Shown piece after piece: positions 13,599-27,299 of a stretch of 64,000 bases of DNA; the first letter of the stretch is position 1, and each line of letters begins with the position of its first letter. A program made the position numbers and the translations under genes. The stretch is from Raillietiella orientalis (Eukaryota). Under the pieces are notes generated by a model. It was not told the origin of the DNA. It made no database searches and saw only the letters and a list, made by a program, of their open reading frames with translations. Where the stretch lies: assembly GCA_036172245.1 (NCBI GenBank), contig JAYWIR010000017.1, positions 2,046,001 through 2,110,000 of the forward strand, in the 5' to 3' direction.

Positions 13599-16319
13599 AA
13601 TTCTATGCATCCATAATGGAATTTTCGTAAGAAAGAAAAAATGTTTGCACTAAGAACGAGTTCCCTTAGATACTCTTGGAGTAAATAATTTCCAGCTAAT
13701 AGAGGGAATGTGGTCTGAGTAGGATTGTGCGCATGGAAGAAACAGCCATTACCTCCCCCCCCCTTCCCGTCCCTGCAAGCAAAAGTTAATTACGGCAAAA
13801 AACGAAAAAGGCGTATAAAATAATGACAGTGCTCGATAACGAGGAGAGCGATTGGTCACTGCATAGAATGCCTTTTGACCCTCACGATGTTAGATGAGGG
13901 TAATTAGAACTCTGAAAATGGAAAAGTTCCGTCTTGCTGCCTGACCTCGAACGTCGGGGTAAGCATCTCAAATCATGATGAGAGATAATCACAAAAAGCT
14001 TCATGGAATGCACATTATGGTGCAAATAAACACCGAATTTAGAAGATTCGTTTCATGTAGCAAGTGCTTTCGTATTCCGTGTTGCTATGGAACAATGTAT
14101 TTCAAGTGAACGATGATGCATGGAACACGAACCAGGAAATTTTGTGAGCAATCCCATAAGAAAGTCATTGAATTTCAAAGAAAAGAACTGACCTGGGTCT
14201 TGCAACGCGGAAAAGGCACAGAGACAGAAGCAACGTATGGCAGTGTATATACAAATGAGTGCAAAATACAGAAACGAATGCAGGCTGAAATTTCCAAATC
14301 ATCCAGGTTGTGCCAGTGAAGGGAAAGCAATCCATTCCATCAAGAAGTTTAACCAAATGATCGAATAACTTAGAAAGATGATGCTTTTCAATGCTCGGTA
14401 AACCAAATGAGCTTTCCCGTCTTCGAATGCTCGATCCACCGAATACCAGAAGAGGAACCCAAGGAATCTCAAGCCGAATAGGAAAACTCTTTTTGGCAGC
14501 TTCTAAAGAATCAATAGCTAAGGGTCGGCTTCATATATTGAGAAGAGTCGAACCGTGATGAACCAAGCTTCCATAGTGCCAATCCGATGACAAACACAGG
14601 GTGAACCGGGATAACGTTCTTAACGATCGCAGCGCAATCGGTTTTTGGATCTAAATCCTCACTAATCTTACCTGCTACTTGTCTTTGGGCGATAACAAAT
14701 GAATCATCTGTGAATATTCCATTGAAAACAAGCAAAGGCTACTTGAGCCTCTGAAAAATGTAGGGAAAAGACCCACATAGTAGATGTATGACAACGTTTC
14801 AATATAACTGAAGCACTAACGAAGGAACGCCTGTTGAAAAGATCATATGGAACTTCAGCTCAGTCCCCATTTCCATTCATCAAATGATAATAAACGAACA
14901 AATGAATCTTTATCATTAATCTGAGATCCAATAAATGTGAATAAAATAACATGTCGTGAATATGCCTCGTAAGACCACACCATTTTAGCGCCTTTTTGAG
15001 CTACATGCAATATCTAAGTTATTTGTGGTTTGGAGGCAATCGTGGCCAAAATGAATAGAGTAGATAGATTCGTTCATCTCGAATTTGTCTTTCTCCGCCG
15101 TATTTTCTCTCTTGATTTGTCTTGCTACCTGTTTTTCAGGTACCCCTTTTTCACGTTCCTTGAAATGATCACCGAGTTCTTGATGATGCCTCAGTGAGCA
15201 CAAATCCATGAAACACGGTACTGAAGTTAGGACGAATTTAACTTTCGAAACTTTGTTAAATTTCGAAACATTTTGTTGAATTCAACAGCTGCACGAAGAG
15301 TTCTGACGAAAGATGGCATTCCTCTACAGGTCTTTTCATACCTCATGAACGATTACTTTGAATGGAATACCCAAATGCGAAGCTTTTGTGAAAATTCTCA
15401 TCATTTTTCTTATACGCTTGCAAACATCCACTGAAAATCTTACTTGCAAAGGACCGTGGGTTTTTACAGATTTCATTTGCCATTCCTCGTCTGCAAGCAG
15501 CAAAGTGCATATTTGAAGATTTATTCATCCAAAGGTGGAATGCCCCTCCGAGGTCCCTAACCAAACTGAAGTCTGAAATGGCTGAAAGCCTCCAATTTCA
15601 TTATTCCATATTTAACCGAGGACAAATTTCAAAGCAACAAATCGTCACAAAAATTAGATTCTAAATCGCTCTTTGTCGGTAGTCAAATGCTAATTTTCTT
15701 TTTCTTCTGTGGCACGAAAGTGAAATGGCAATATTCGAATCAGCTGGTGCTCTTGATCATGACTCCTGTTTCGCCCCTCAAACAATCCAAAGCTTCCCCA
15801 AAATATTGAAGCTCCTGTTTCTCTGATTCAGTTTAAGAAAGGAGCTCCAAGCTGATTCTCTTAATGAAGCTTTGAACGTTTTGGAAGAGTAGCTTTGATA
15901 AGCAGACATTTACCAATGTCTTGAAAAAAGAAAATGAAAAAAGGATAGAGAAAAAAGTCTGAAAGCGGCGGCCGAACACGAAAATTCTGCAGGTTGTTGG
16001 ACCGCCGCCGCGACGAAGCAAAATGCCTTTAAGCTAAGCAATGAATCCAATCGATATTGGAAGATTCAATTTCTCTATGCGACACTTTACCACTTGATCC
16101 CATTCGCCCAACATGAGTACACCTAGTGACCTAGATGGGGTACTTTTGTACTGTGAGCGATCGTGATGAAGGAGTAGAGATGGATGTGATTTTGCTGTTT
16201 CTCCTCGCGTTCATTGGATAGTACATAACAAATTCAGCTTGTATGCTTATGAATTCTCCTCATGAAAATTCATTCATCATTCTCTTCGTACTCTATCAAA
16301 GATCCTGATGAAGTATGAT

Positions 16320-16397
16320 TTCTTCATCTTGCATCGTATTGTCACCCAGTTATTTGTTTTGCTGAAAGAAATGCCGTCGGAAAACCTGCTGGTGGGC
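16320..16397 (+). repeat. Dispersed direct repeat, copy 2
   Basis: Near-identical to 13510-13598. Homology stops at the loop of the 18-bp hairpin. Confidence 0.9.
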
Positions 16398-16458
16398 TCT
16401 TCGCCCACCAGCAGGTTTTCTCAACGTGTTTTAAAACACGACTGAAGAAAACTTCAGT
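16380..16458. repeat. Three closely spaced perfect inverted repeats
   Basis: GAAAACCTGCTGGTGGGC-TCTTC-GCCCACCAGCAGGTTTTC (18-bp stem, 16380-16420), CGTGTTTTAAAACACG (16-nt palindrome, 16425-16440), ACTGAAG-AAAA-CTTCAGT (16441-16458). Confidence 0.95.
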
Positions 16459-19400
16459 GATGTTTAAACCTAAAAAAGCACAACAACGATGGCATGCACT
16501 TATATTGAGGGGTACCACTTAAGTACTTATATTGTCTCCTTATCTAGCCGCCATTGTAACTGCCAGCTTTACAGATGTGTTTTCCTTTGTATTCCCCGCC
16601 ACCACATCATGGTTTTCCGAGGTCACATCATATGCATGAATGACAGCGAACTCTGAGAAATGATTGCTGACTGTACCAGGAAAGAGTGGAACCTAAATTT
16701 GTTAAGTTTAAACTTAGGTACACAAAAAACATTAGATTTCCATTTTTGTGTTCAGTTTTAACATATAGGTTTCATTTTTCAAATCAGCACAGTTGGCAAA
16801 CTAAATTTTGTGTTTAAAATATTGGTCATAATATTTAAATATATTGAGTAATCAAGAATAAGTATCTAAATTCAGTTCAATAAAATAAGTCCTTGAATTT
16901 GCTTCTCGTGGAAATTATCATCATCTGAGTGACTTGCTGATCATCATTTGAACTTTCATTGTTGCGTGCTCACTCTGTACTTAATGCACTTTTCAGTATT
17001 TCTTGAATGAATCTTGGTTATTGATTCGGATTACTATCTTCAGCAGCACCAATGAGGCGTTGCAGATGTCCCCATCAAAGTAGACATTGCAAATGAATCC
17101 GTAACGCTAAATGCTTAGCAAACCATAGTAATAGGGAGCAAAGTGACTATTTTCCTCCCCATCCCTGTTTTTCGCAATGTCCACTTTGATGAGGCGATGC
17201 AGACGCCTCATCGTTGCTGCTTCATACCATCTTGAAGCAAGCAAGAGAACAAGAAGGTAGAGCAACACGAAATGATAATTCACGGACATAAAACACAAAT
17301 TAGTTTTCTAGCTTATCTGAAATCCAAAGAAAAATCATGCTCCCATAATGGCACTCAAATATTATTAAGTGGCTATCAATAAAGACTTGAAATTAAGGCA
17401 CAGTTAGGCAAAGATTTTTTTTTCAGAAATCGGCAGCTTCATTCATTATCTCTGAATGTTACAACAGCTTCTCTCTTGGTGAACACACTCATAGCAGCAT
17501 GTAATCAGCATAAATATTTCTTAAGGACAACTCGAAAACAACGAAACAATATTTGTACAAAATTATAACAAGGTTTCTGTAAGATATTCAGACAGAAAAT
17601 ACCCAGTTGCTTTCCACGAGATTGTTTTACATCATGTAATTGGGCATTGGAGACATAAAGCTACGAAGTCTACTATCTTGGATTACAATTCCATCTATTC
17701 ACTAGATTACAATTCAACACAATGAACCTCGTAGTTTCTTCTACCCTTGTGAGAGTCATACCGCCATGTGCATTTCAAGAGTTTGCACTTTCGGTCTGCT
17801 TTATGATCTTCTACTTGTTTTTTTGAAGTTGCCTCATAGGGTTCGTTTTTCTTTTCACTTTTCCAGGATTGCGTCCGCGCATGCCCACGCTTTTGCTATG
17901 AGGAGCATTCCAAGCGTACGAATTGATCCGAAGGGGAATCTGCTCCGCTTGTCCCACAAAACTGGGAATGCAATTTTGAGCTTCTGATCTCCGCAATCGG
18001 TAAAATCAAGATTGTGATTTTGTCTATTTCTTATTTCAAAGTTTTCGCTGTTCTCCGAGGTCTTACCTGAAGTCCATCGATTTCTCTTTTCCTATTTGTA
18101 ATCAAGTACAAATTCCCAGAGAATTTTCTTGTTCTATCGTACAGAAGAGTTCCTCTTTTGTTCGGTCCCTTATAATGGAAGAGAAGGGACTTTGATAGAG
18201 AAGTACTGATATTTACCAGTCTTCTATTCGTGAACATCAATCAGACTCATGAGAAAACTTTGCTGTCATTTCCTCCAAAGCGAATCGCTTTGGCATGATA
18301 AAGCAGCATATTTATACTTTCTTGATTTGTAATTGCCCGACTCATGTTGTGCAGTGCTATGGCATATTCCCACGTTTGGTCTTCGTCTGCTTGCATCCAC
18401 ACTCATGCTAATGCTAAGTTTAATTACAGTCATGAAAACCTTATTACCGGTAAGAAGACGTTTCTTCTATTAAAGGCTTTAAATTTCCTCATACCTTACT
18501 TTTTTACTACTTGCATCCTTGATTGTTCTGCTAACATGTTGGAAGGACACCTTTCGCAAACCAAAATCCCATCACTAAATGTTTCACTTTATGCTTACGC
18601 GATCCTCAAATCATCTATAACGAATAAATAGAGAACAGTAACGCTAAATGAATATGTATTCAAAAGCATTTGTTTCAATTTTTCTTAAGCCCAACCGTGT
18701 TCCATGGTATGCCTAAATCTCCAAATGAATTTACAAAAGTGATTATTTGAGCTCAGCTTCAGGAGCATTCCCAAACCAATCAATAATTTCCTTAGGAAAT
18801 AGATTTTTCCTAAATTTGAAGATCAGTCGTTGGCTTTTTGTTCAAGCCCTATTAGTGTGCTTTCTCCGATGCGGATACCAACTTAGATGCATTGCAGATA
18901 AGAAAAATGATGCTCTCGAGTAAAAATTCCATCTATCCTCATTATTTATCCAAACTTGTCATTGGACTCCTTCCTTCATCTATGAATAGACTCTTTGTCC
19001 TCTGTTTTGCTTTTTCTTTCTTATTATCTCTTAGTTCTATGTTTTTTGTATCTGTTACTGTATATGCTTTTGACAACTTTCCTATCCGTTCGCTTTCATC
19101 TGATCAAAAAATGCGACCTCGATGCAATTCACGTCACTCTACACAGGAATCTGCGTCTTCTGCAGTCTGTATTCAACCAAAGTGCGTCGGAAACAGGGTT
19201 CGGAGATTTCTTACAGGACAGCAATGATACCTTCGTTATAGAAGACGTTCTCTTTTCCCACTATTGCTTCACATTCAGAACCCATCCCTTCTTTGATATT
19301 CGCTCTGAGACCTTTGGCAGCAAATTCAAACTGCAGTCTACTTTCGGGGAGCAAAGCATTTTCATATTCGAAAGAGGGACTTGTCTTTTCCTTTCTTTGC

Positions 19401-22400
19401 TGGAGAAGACTTGAAGTTTCTGGTGAATACTGTACTTTTAATTTAAATTCATTCCTCTCCTTGGATGTTTTTTCATGCCTTTCATTTAGAAATGAGTTCC
19501 TATGTTGAGTTTTGCTCTTGGTTTCTTTACATTTACGAACAAATGATCCTTTGTGAGATCATAGTAATCTCATCACAATCACCCATATGATAAACCTCCA
19601 ATCAAACTATTATAAAATTATTGTTATCACAAAATCAGTGAAATTAGAGATTTCTTGTTGACTTTGCGAGGGGCACAAGGGAAGCTAAGCGTAATCAGCA
19701 TCAGATGTTACGCAAGAGAAAATCAGAATATTTTCAGTCTGACATCAGACTACTCTTCATCTCCAGCTTACTGCTTGCATCTTTAGAAATGGATCAAAAA
19801 ACGGCTGTGAAGGTAGAGAGAGCAAAAACGTCGACACTCATTGTGTGCGTATAGATCAAAGAGAACTTCAAAATCAGCTAAAACAAAGGTGATTCTAGAT
19901 CAATCATATTTTAAGAAAAACTCATTTTGGTATAATGACTTACGCAGTTTTTTTCATGCTGAAAAACTCATTTTTCGTCATTTTGAGATCATTATCGCAG
20001 AATCTACTTGTTTATTCATTGGATGCTTTGTGTATTCTTCCTACCTACAACTCCAATTTGGGAAATACCTGCAAAGTTTGTGCCCGTTTCCTGCGTTTTT
20101 AAATGGAGACAGATCATTATGAGTAATCAGCTAACGCTTAATTTTGCATACCGCTCCTGTAAATGGTCTTACATTACCAAAAATAGGGAGCACGAGTTAT
20201 GCATTTGTCATCGTTGGTTAGCCTTGTCCTTTTCATTTTGTTTCGAAAGCACATATTTGCTTACACGTTGAAAGTTCCCACATGGATTTGGATTTTGACG
20301 CATCCAAATTATTCTGATCAATGGAGATAGAAATAATTTTTCCTAATATCGTTCAGAATTAGAAAAGATTCTACTCCATCACTGCGCTTAATTACTGGTT
20401 TCAGTTGCGAGAATTTCGCAATTGATGGAATTTTCGAAACATAAATGGGCTTGAATGAATGCAATTGGGTCTTAGTCCCCATTTTCTATTATTGGGTCTT
20501 TTTGATCCCAAGAAAGTAGAAATATCGTACTGCTGCTCTTGATTTGAAGCACGATCAAAGAACCGGGATTTCAGTGTTAAAGAAGCTTTGTTTTAGAAAA
20601 CCGTGGGGTACTACTGCGTTCCCGTGATGCGAATTTACTCAGGTGCTTAGAGCAATCTGTGTTGAGTATAAGCAAATGTGAGCAAATGCTCGGAATCTGG
20701 TGTATCTAAAAACCACAGTCAGCGACCAACGTGGTTTGATTTTTGAAAAAATCTGTGGACTTTTGGGATTTTCCAGGAATCATCCATTGCGTGATGCGCA
20801 AAATAATTTGAAAACGGCCTCGCAATTGCTTCTGGACATCACGGTTGCAAAGTGAGGACTGCCGTAAGAGCAGGGTCGAGTTATGAATTCTCGAAATTCT
20901 TCTTATTCAACATGATTTCGTATATTTACTCATGAAGTACTTCTGATTTCTAAGGAACTAGAAAATGCAAACAAGATGAAAAGCTTCCACTTCTATTGTG
21001 TTGCTTTAGGGTTGGGGCAAGAGCTCGAGTGATGAACGAAGGAAGGTTGGTATGAATCACAGAGTTCTTGAATTCTTTCTCCTGGTAGACTGATGTCAAG
21101 TGAGTACACGAGTGGCCGTTCAGATTTCTCTAAAGTTACCTCTGCTCATGCTCCCTGCTTAAAGCAGGTATTCTGTCAGTTTAGTTTTGAAGGTGCATCG
21201 GTATTGACCTTTCTCTGTCGCAATAAATAAGTTCATGTGTTTTTCCGTTGTGGATTATTTGTTTACTTGTTTGCCAAATGCAATCACATTTTTGCAGAGT
21301 TTACAATGCCTTCTGTGGAATTTCAGCAATGCCATAAATTAGTCTATCCTCTATTTAGTATATCAGTAGGCGTTTGTTTTCCTAGAAACTAGTGACATTT
21401 GTAAGGTTATAAGTGAAAATGCAGTTTTCCACCGTCACTTGCACATATACCACAACAAAGAGAAAGTTTCGAAATTTGCAGGTGAGGGTACATTTTCTGC
21501 AGTAGATCACATAAATATCCCAGCACAAGAATTATGCAAAGATGTCTCTTAAATTAATGATACAAATGGCATTCGTCCATTATCTAGATATAAAAAGAAT
21601 GAGCAAATGTTCTTGCTAGCTTCAATCTTGGTATTAAAATTTCAAAGAGGAAAAGGCTTTGTGTTTTGAGAATCATGTCATTCAGGGAATCTTAGCAGTC
21701 AAGTCATCACCAAGGGGATTTCCTGGCATTGGATGGAATACACAGGTGATGACACTAGTGGCTGTGTCAGCAGTATTTAGTTGGTGTGTGAGGAAATGTT
21801 TGAAACAGTGTTCTAACACATGATTTTCCAGAACACCCCTAATTTAACTTAATTTTTATTCTTCAATATTTGGTTGAGCTAACAATTCCAGTGAATAGAT
21901 AAATGCAGTTTGTGTTCCATAGTACAATATGTTTATGGTGTGGATGTTGGTATTTATGCTGAAATTCATGTTGTAAAGTTTCATTATTTACTTGATTACT
22001 CATCGGATTGTAAGATCGAAGGGGTTAGCAGTTTACTTGAACTGCTTCCATTTTGAACTTTTATTCTTTTAGGAGACATGCTGCATAGAGGTGAAGAGAA
22101 AGATTTGATTTCTTTGGTGCTTAGGGAACAATAAAGGTACTCTGTGGTATTTCTGAATTTGTAAAATATAATGACTTCACTAGGATTGCTAATCTGTTCT
22201 TATTTCAAAACATGACTTATACTGAGTATTGGTGACAGCTGTGGTAACAAAGACTCCTGCAAATTTAAAATACACATGAATTTGAAATCATAAGAAGCAA
22301 GCAGCTTATCACAGTCCTGTGTTGGTTTCTTAAAGGAGAGGAAAAATATATAATATGAAAATACTTGGAGTAGCATGGAGTGTATTACATTGTAACTTTT

Positions 22401-24606
22401 GAGTCTCCACTAAACATCTGCAGTCAGAAGAATGAAACTGCAGTCCTACAGATGTGAACTGCATTAAAATTTCCGTATCATGCTGCTGAAAGCAAAGCCA
22501 CAAGACTACAAAACATTGGTGAAATGGGTTGGTTTTCCGGCAAATTTCCGGCCTTTCTGAACATCAAGAAAATCAGAACAAGATGATCATTGGTTTACAG
22601 AGGCATTCTCCATGATGCAAGTACTTGCATGCTGTAACATAACAGAAATTGCCTAGAAGTCCTCATTTGGTCTCCAATGTTGCAATCCTGAGAATAGCAG
22701 ATAAACAAGGTTGCACAAAAGCTTCAAATTATGCACTGCATTTTTCTCTGCCAGCTGGGTGTCCACATTCATACCAAGATTGGGCACTTCAAGGTTGTGC
22801 TGCTGAACTTTCAGGTTTCATTCCAGTGCTGTGAAAAGTGAAAAAGTTTAGGAAGACATGTGGATACCTTTCATGGAGAAGACTACTTTTCAAAAAAAAC
22901 GCCGATGATTTGAATTTTACGGATGTATCCAAAAGTTTCATGCTACTTTGAATAAAGTGCAATCCCCACAAACTAAATGTAAATTAGGGATATGTTTTCT
23001 TTACTTCCTGTGTGGCTTTTACGAATTGAAAAAGTCTTTCTGCTAGTTCATTGCAAGTGCCATTTGCAGAAAATTAAGAAAACCAATCTGAAGAGAGATC
23101 AAGTGCCTTTCTCATCTGGTCCTGATATCAACTGAAATGTGATCTATGAGAAGCATTGAAAGTTCCATCTTCACTGTAAAATATTCGATGCATTGGAAAC
23201 AGATACGATTTTAAACCTCTCTCAATCACTGCTCTCATAGCCATTTTCTTTAGGCCTGAATATTCTGGTTCTCTTTTAATTGCAGTGCTCGTTATATTCG
23301 TTTAGATTAGCTGTTACATCCCTGTAGGGAATTGGAAACCTTTCTCCTAAAAGCTGAGTGCAGTTTACAAACAGTTGCAACATGTGAATAGATCTTTTCC
23401 ATCTTCAACATCAAATTTGCTCATCAATTGCATCAGCTCAAACTAGGAATACAATGTTCATATGGTACTCTTTTATCTAACCCTTGAATAGAGCACTATT
23501 GCGAAGCTAATCTGATACAAAAATTTAAAGCCATGTACAAGTTCAGGGGAAAGCAGGCCTTGCTCTCTTAGCTGTCTCAAGATCAAAAGCTCTCCCAATC
23601 CTGGCATGTGAGTTGGATAGCAAATTTTGCAACTGTGGCAAAGTGAAAACCTGTATCTTGATTAAACGACAACTTTGTACATGCATGATAACAAAGTGGG
23701 ATTACAAGGAGCATAATGATTTCTAACGTTCCATTGTTGTTGTGATCATCTGTTTTTCTCTCACTGAGTTGAGATTTTAGAGAGGCTCAGGTCTCCAATC
23801 GCATGTGTTCTGCATTATTCTTACATTTCACTTGAGCAACGTTCTTATGGTTTTGCATTTTATTATATCAATCTTACATTTTTTTTTTTTTTTCCTGTAA
23901 ATGTTGTGCTTTCTCCATAGAAAACTTGGGGAAATTATATAGTTCTAATCTGGAATATGATTCAACTCTCAGAAAGCATCGTTCATCATCCAATCAACAT
24001 CGTTCCAACATTAGGGCACTACCTTGATTACGTTATCAGAGATTTTGAATCACAAAAAATGCAGCATTTATACTCTTAAAGAATTTGCCCCAAGGATAAG
24101 ACTGACAATTTCGACAATTCCTTTATCCAAAGTCTTATCTGAACAGTTATCGTAGTACAAGCGAATTTCAACAGATTAATTGAGACTGCAGTACTTAAGA
24201 AGTTTGGTGCATGCTGGATGAGTCATGCAAGTGATCTGGAGAGATCCAGTTACAAATTGTGCAAGAAATTTTCTTTCGCACAATATGTAATTGGGTACTT
24301 TTACTTGCAGATAATGTTGGCAAGTCCGTTCGGAACTGTTTCTCTTATATCCAAGCTTTTCACTTCTGGGTTCTATTCTGTGAGAAACTTTCAGCGTGAT
24401 TGAGAGTCAAATTCTTACTATTCAACAACGGTACCACATGTTCATCTGAAAATTAGTAACAAAACGTGCACCAAAGGCGTTCAATGTTCAACAAGCCCTT
24501 TTTCATACTTGCACTCACTGAAGAGAACTGCATTCAACTGCTCTCGCAGACTTAATTTTTCTTGCATTCGATTTTCACAAGCACTGAAATTCTTAGTGAA
24601 CATCTC

Positions 24607-24654
24607 ATTCCTCGTTCCTTTGGCGATTCCTCGTTCCTTTGGCGATACCTCGTT
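24607..24654 (+). repeat. 19-bp tandem repeat, ~2.5 copies
   Basis: ATTCCTCGTTCCTTTGGCG twice, then ATACCTCGTT. Confidence 0.95.
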
Positions 24655-27299
24655 GCGTCCCACAACAGACTCATCCATAGGTCTTTTCTCTCCATATGAT
24701 TAGGTGCAAGAGACCTCAAAATTTCAAATAAAAAAGTTAGTCATCTATTTCTTATAGGTTGTACACTGACAACTGCAGCACCATTGGCCCCAAATTGCCC
24801 TAGATGAAATCTGAAGCATCCAGTTCCTTTTGATTGATTAATTAGGAAATGTAATTCCTCTCCTAAACATTTAGGAATCATGTCTCCTCAGTTTGGGAAT
24901 CATCTCTCCATGCTATATGCTCGCCAACTGTGATTCTTTTAAAACCTCCTTTCATATGAATTCTCTGAGAAAAGTTGTCACTTTAATGTCATGAAAGTGT
25001 GCGCAGGAATGCACAAGTAAATTTTTGGTAGTCATACTCTTTTTCTATTTCATACTGTTTTCTATTGATACTCTTTTTCATACTCTTTTCCTATTGAGAA
25101 TACTTCGTAACCATCTTTATGTATAAAGATTGAGCTGCAGTAAATAGGATTACATGAAAGGGCAAACTGCCAATATGAAAAACATGGGACCACCTGGGTT
25201 TTCTTATTGCAGTGGATGCTTCGTTTCATGAACTGCTAATAAAGTAACATCGAAAGGAGACCAGAAAAACCAAGAAGTGATGAAGAGGGTGTCAGATTGG
25301 CAACAATAATTTAAATTTGGACTGCTAACTCTATCTACTAATGCTACTACTACTATTAAGGAAGCATAGTTATTTCATCCCCGTGAAAATGACACTCCCT
25401 CTTGCTAGATTGCTTGTCAAAATACGAGCATGAGTAAACCAAAATTCAATAGTATGGATTTCTTTCTTCGGATTTGCTTTTGAAAGCTACGAATACGTTG
25501 TTTGTGAAGAAACAGCAACATTTGTAGGATGATAAGCGCACGATAAGAACACTGACAGAATCATGATATAATAGCGACTGCATGCAATTGCATATCTTGT
25601 TGAGAACCCATGTATAATGCAAAAAGAAAAAAAGGAGGGAGACTAGAAAAATATCCGTTTTTTTTTTTTCAGATCTTTGACAAGAAAATGGAGCAGCTAC
25701 AGTGGATTCACCTGGTGCCCATTGTCTGCTGAAGTAATAGTGGGCGCCTTGAGCGCAATGGAGTGATATGGAATGAAACGGTTTATCAGAAGCTAATAAT
25801 CAATTCTGCTTTCAGATGAATTTGGTATCTCAGCATTTATGTGATTCTATTGCGATATTAAAGGACATATCTTTGTGCTTAAGAGAAGCAACCAGAACTA
25901 AAATCTTGTTAATGGGTTTGCCCGCCTGCTTTGCATTTAGCAAAAAATTAGTATTTTATCCACAACAAACTTGGAAAAAGTGAAAGGGAGACCTAGATAC
26001 CTTGTTGCATACAGAAATCCAATCCAACATATCAAAGTTTACTCCTGAGGTTTTGTGACCTAGAGTGCGCATTATAAGAGGATATGCCTCTGTACTAAAT
26101 GTGAATCTTGGTAAACTTTTCCAGTGAATGAATTCTCACTAAGAGCAACAGCAAAGAGTTTTGAGGAAATATGTGGATGTGAATACACCATTTTTCCCCA
26201 AATTTTTTAACAGATCAATCCCGTGAGCGTCAGCTGACTCATGCCATAATAGAGAAAATAAACTGCTGTGGGACTGTCAATGAGAAACCCAGCTTTGGCT
26301 TACTATAGCCTTGAGAATAAGTTCTACCAATGAAAGTCCACAGACAGAAAAAAGCCTTGATAGCATAATTTTATCTGTGGCTACTAGGAAATTCGCAAGT
26401 ATTGCCAGTCTGGAAATTCATAGCAGAGTAAATAAAGAGTTCTCCTGTGGGAGTTATTTGCAAGAGATTTCTTCTTGCTACTGAAATTACCAGTATCTTC
26501 GTGTAATTCATGAATGTGATGAGTTCGCTGCTTATCCTTATACAGATCGGATTCATATGCAACAAAGTATTCTTGCAAGTGCCAATGAAATATAACGAAA
26601 CGAATGTCTCTCTTTATTCACACTCCAAAAAATTTAGTAATGCTTTTTTGACTAAAGCATCGAAAATTTCATTCCTATTTCATCCTGGTGGAAATTTTAA
26701 AACATTATTTTTTGAAAGATGAAGACGATAAGAAAGAAAAATTAAACGTGTTTCCTATTTTTCAAATGACTGTTTTCTTTTTCCATAAATGTATGCAATT
26801 TCAATTTCCAACTTGAAACTGAGCTCTTTGCTGAAGAAAACTTTAAATATAAGAGCATGCTTCCACGGGTCATGATGCAGTGTGAGAGCTGGAAATGAAT
26901 TTTCCTGGGCGTCATTCCCAGGATTCATCTTTCAGGAGCTACAAAAGACATTATCTCTGTTGACAGACACTCCAACGATATAATGCTAACTGGGACTATT
27001 TTTATTGGTTCTTTCTATAAGGGTCCATTTTATTTCCCATAAGCACTTGAATATGGAAGACCTCGTTAATGCCGGTGGCTATGGAAAACTTCTCTTCGGT
27101 CTACTGTAGCATGAGAAAGCACCTACAACATTTCCTGAGATCTTATTCCCGAAAGCTGTGCAAAGGACAGCTTTCTGAAATCCTCAGTATGGCAGCATAC
27201 AAGTTAGCTGAGAATATAGTGCAGGAGAATCATGGTTTGCATGCAACTTAGATCTCCAGGATCATGAAAGGTTTTCAGCAGAAATTGCAAATATAGTTT

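Noticed and set aside
14280..14350. SRLC..GKQSI resembling a DNA transposase SRxCPGKK motif
   Set aside because: Single short motif across a frameshift, with no supporting domains or TIRs.
14500..15200. ABCA-transporter-like fragments on the minus strand (LKKALKWCGL, VIPVHPVFVIGLALWKL)
   Set aside because: Similarity too faint and broken to call without a search.
16380..16420. Rho-independent terminator
   Set aside because: Eukaryotic context with no upstream gene. Better explained as junctional fold-back.
18030..18300. Kinase-like words on the minus strand (also at 51650-51830)
   Set aside because: Alternative frames are equally plausible and no catalytic motifs (HRD, DFG) were found.
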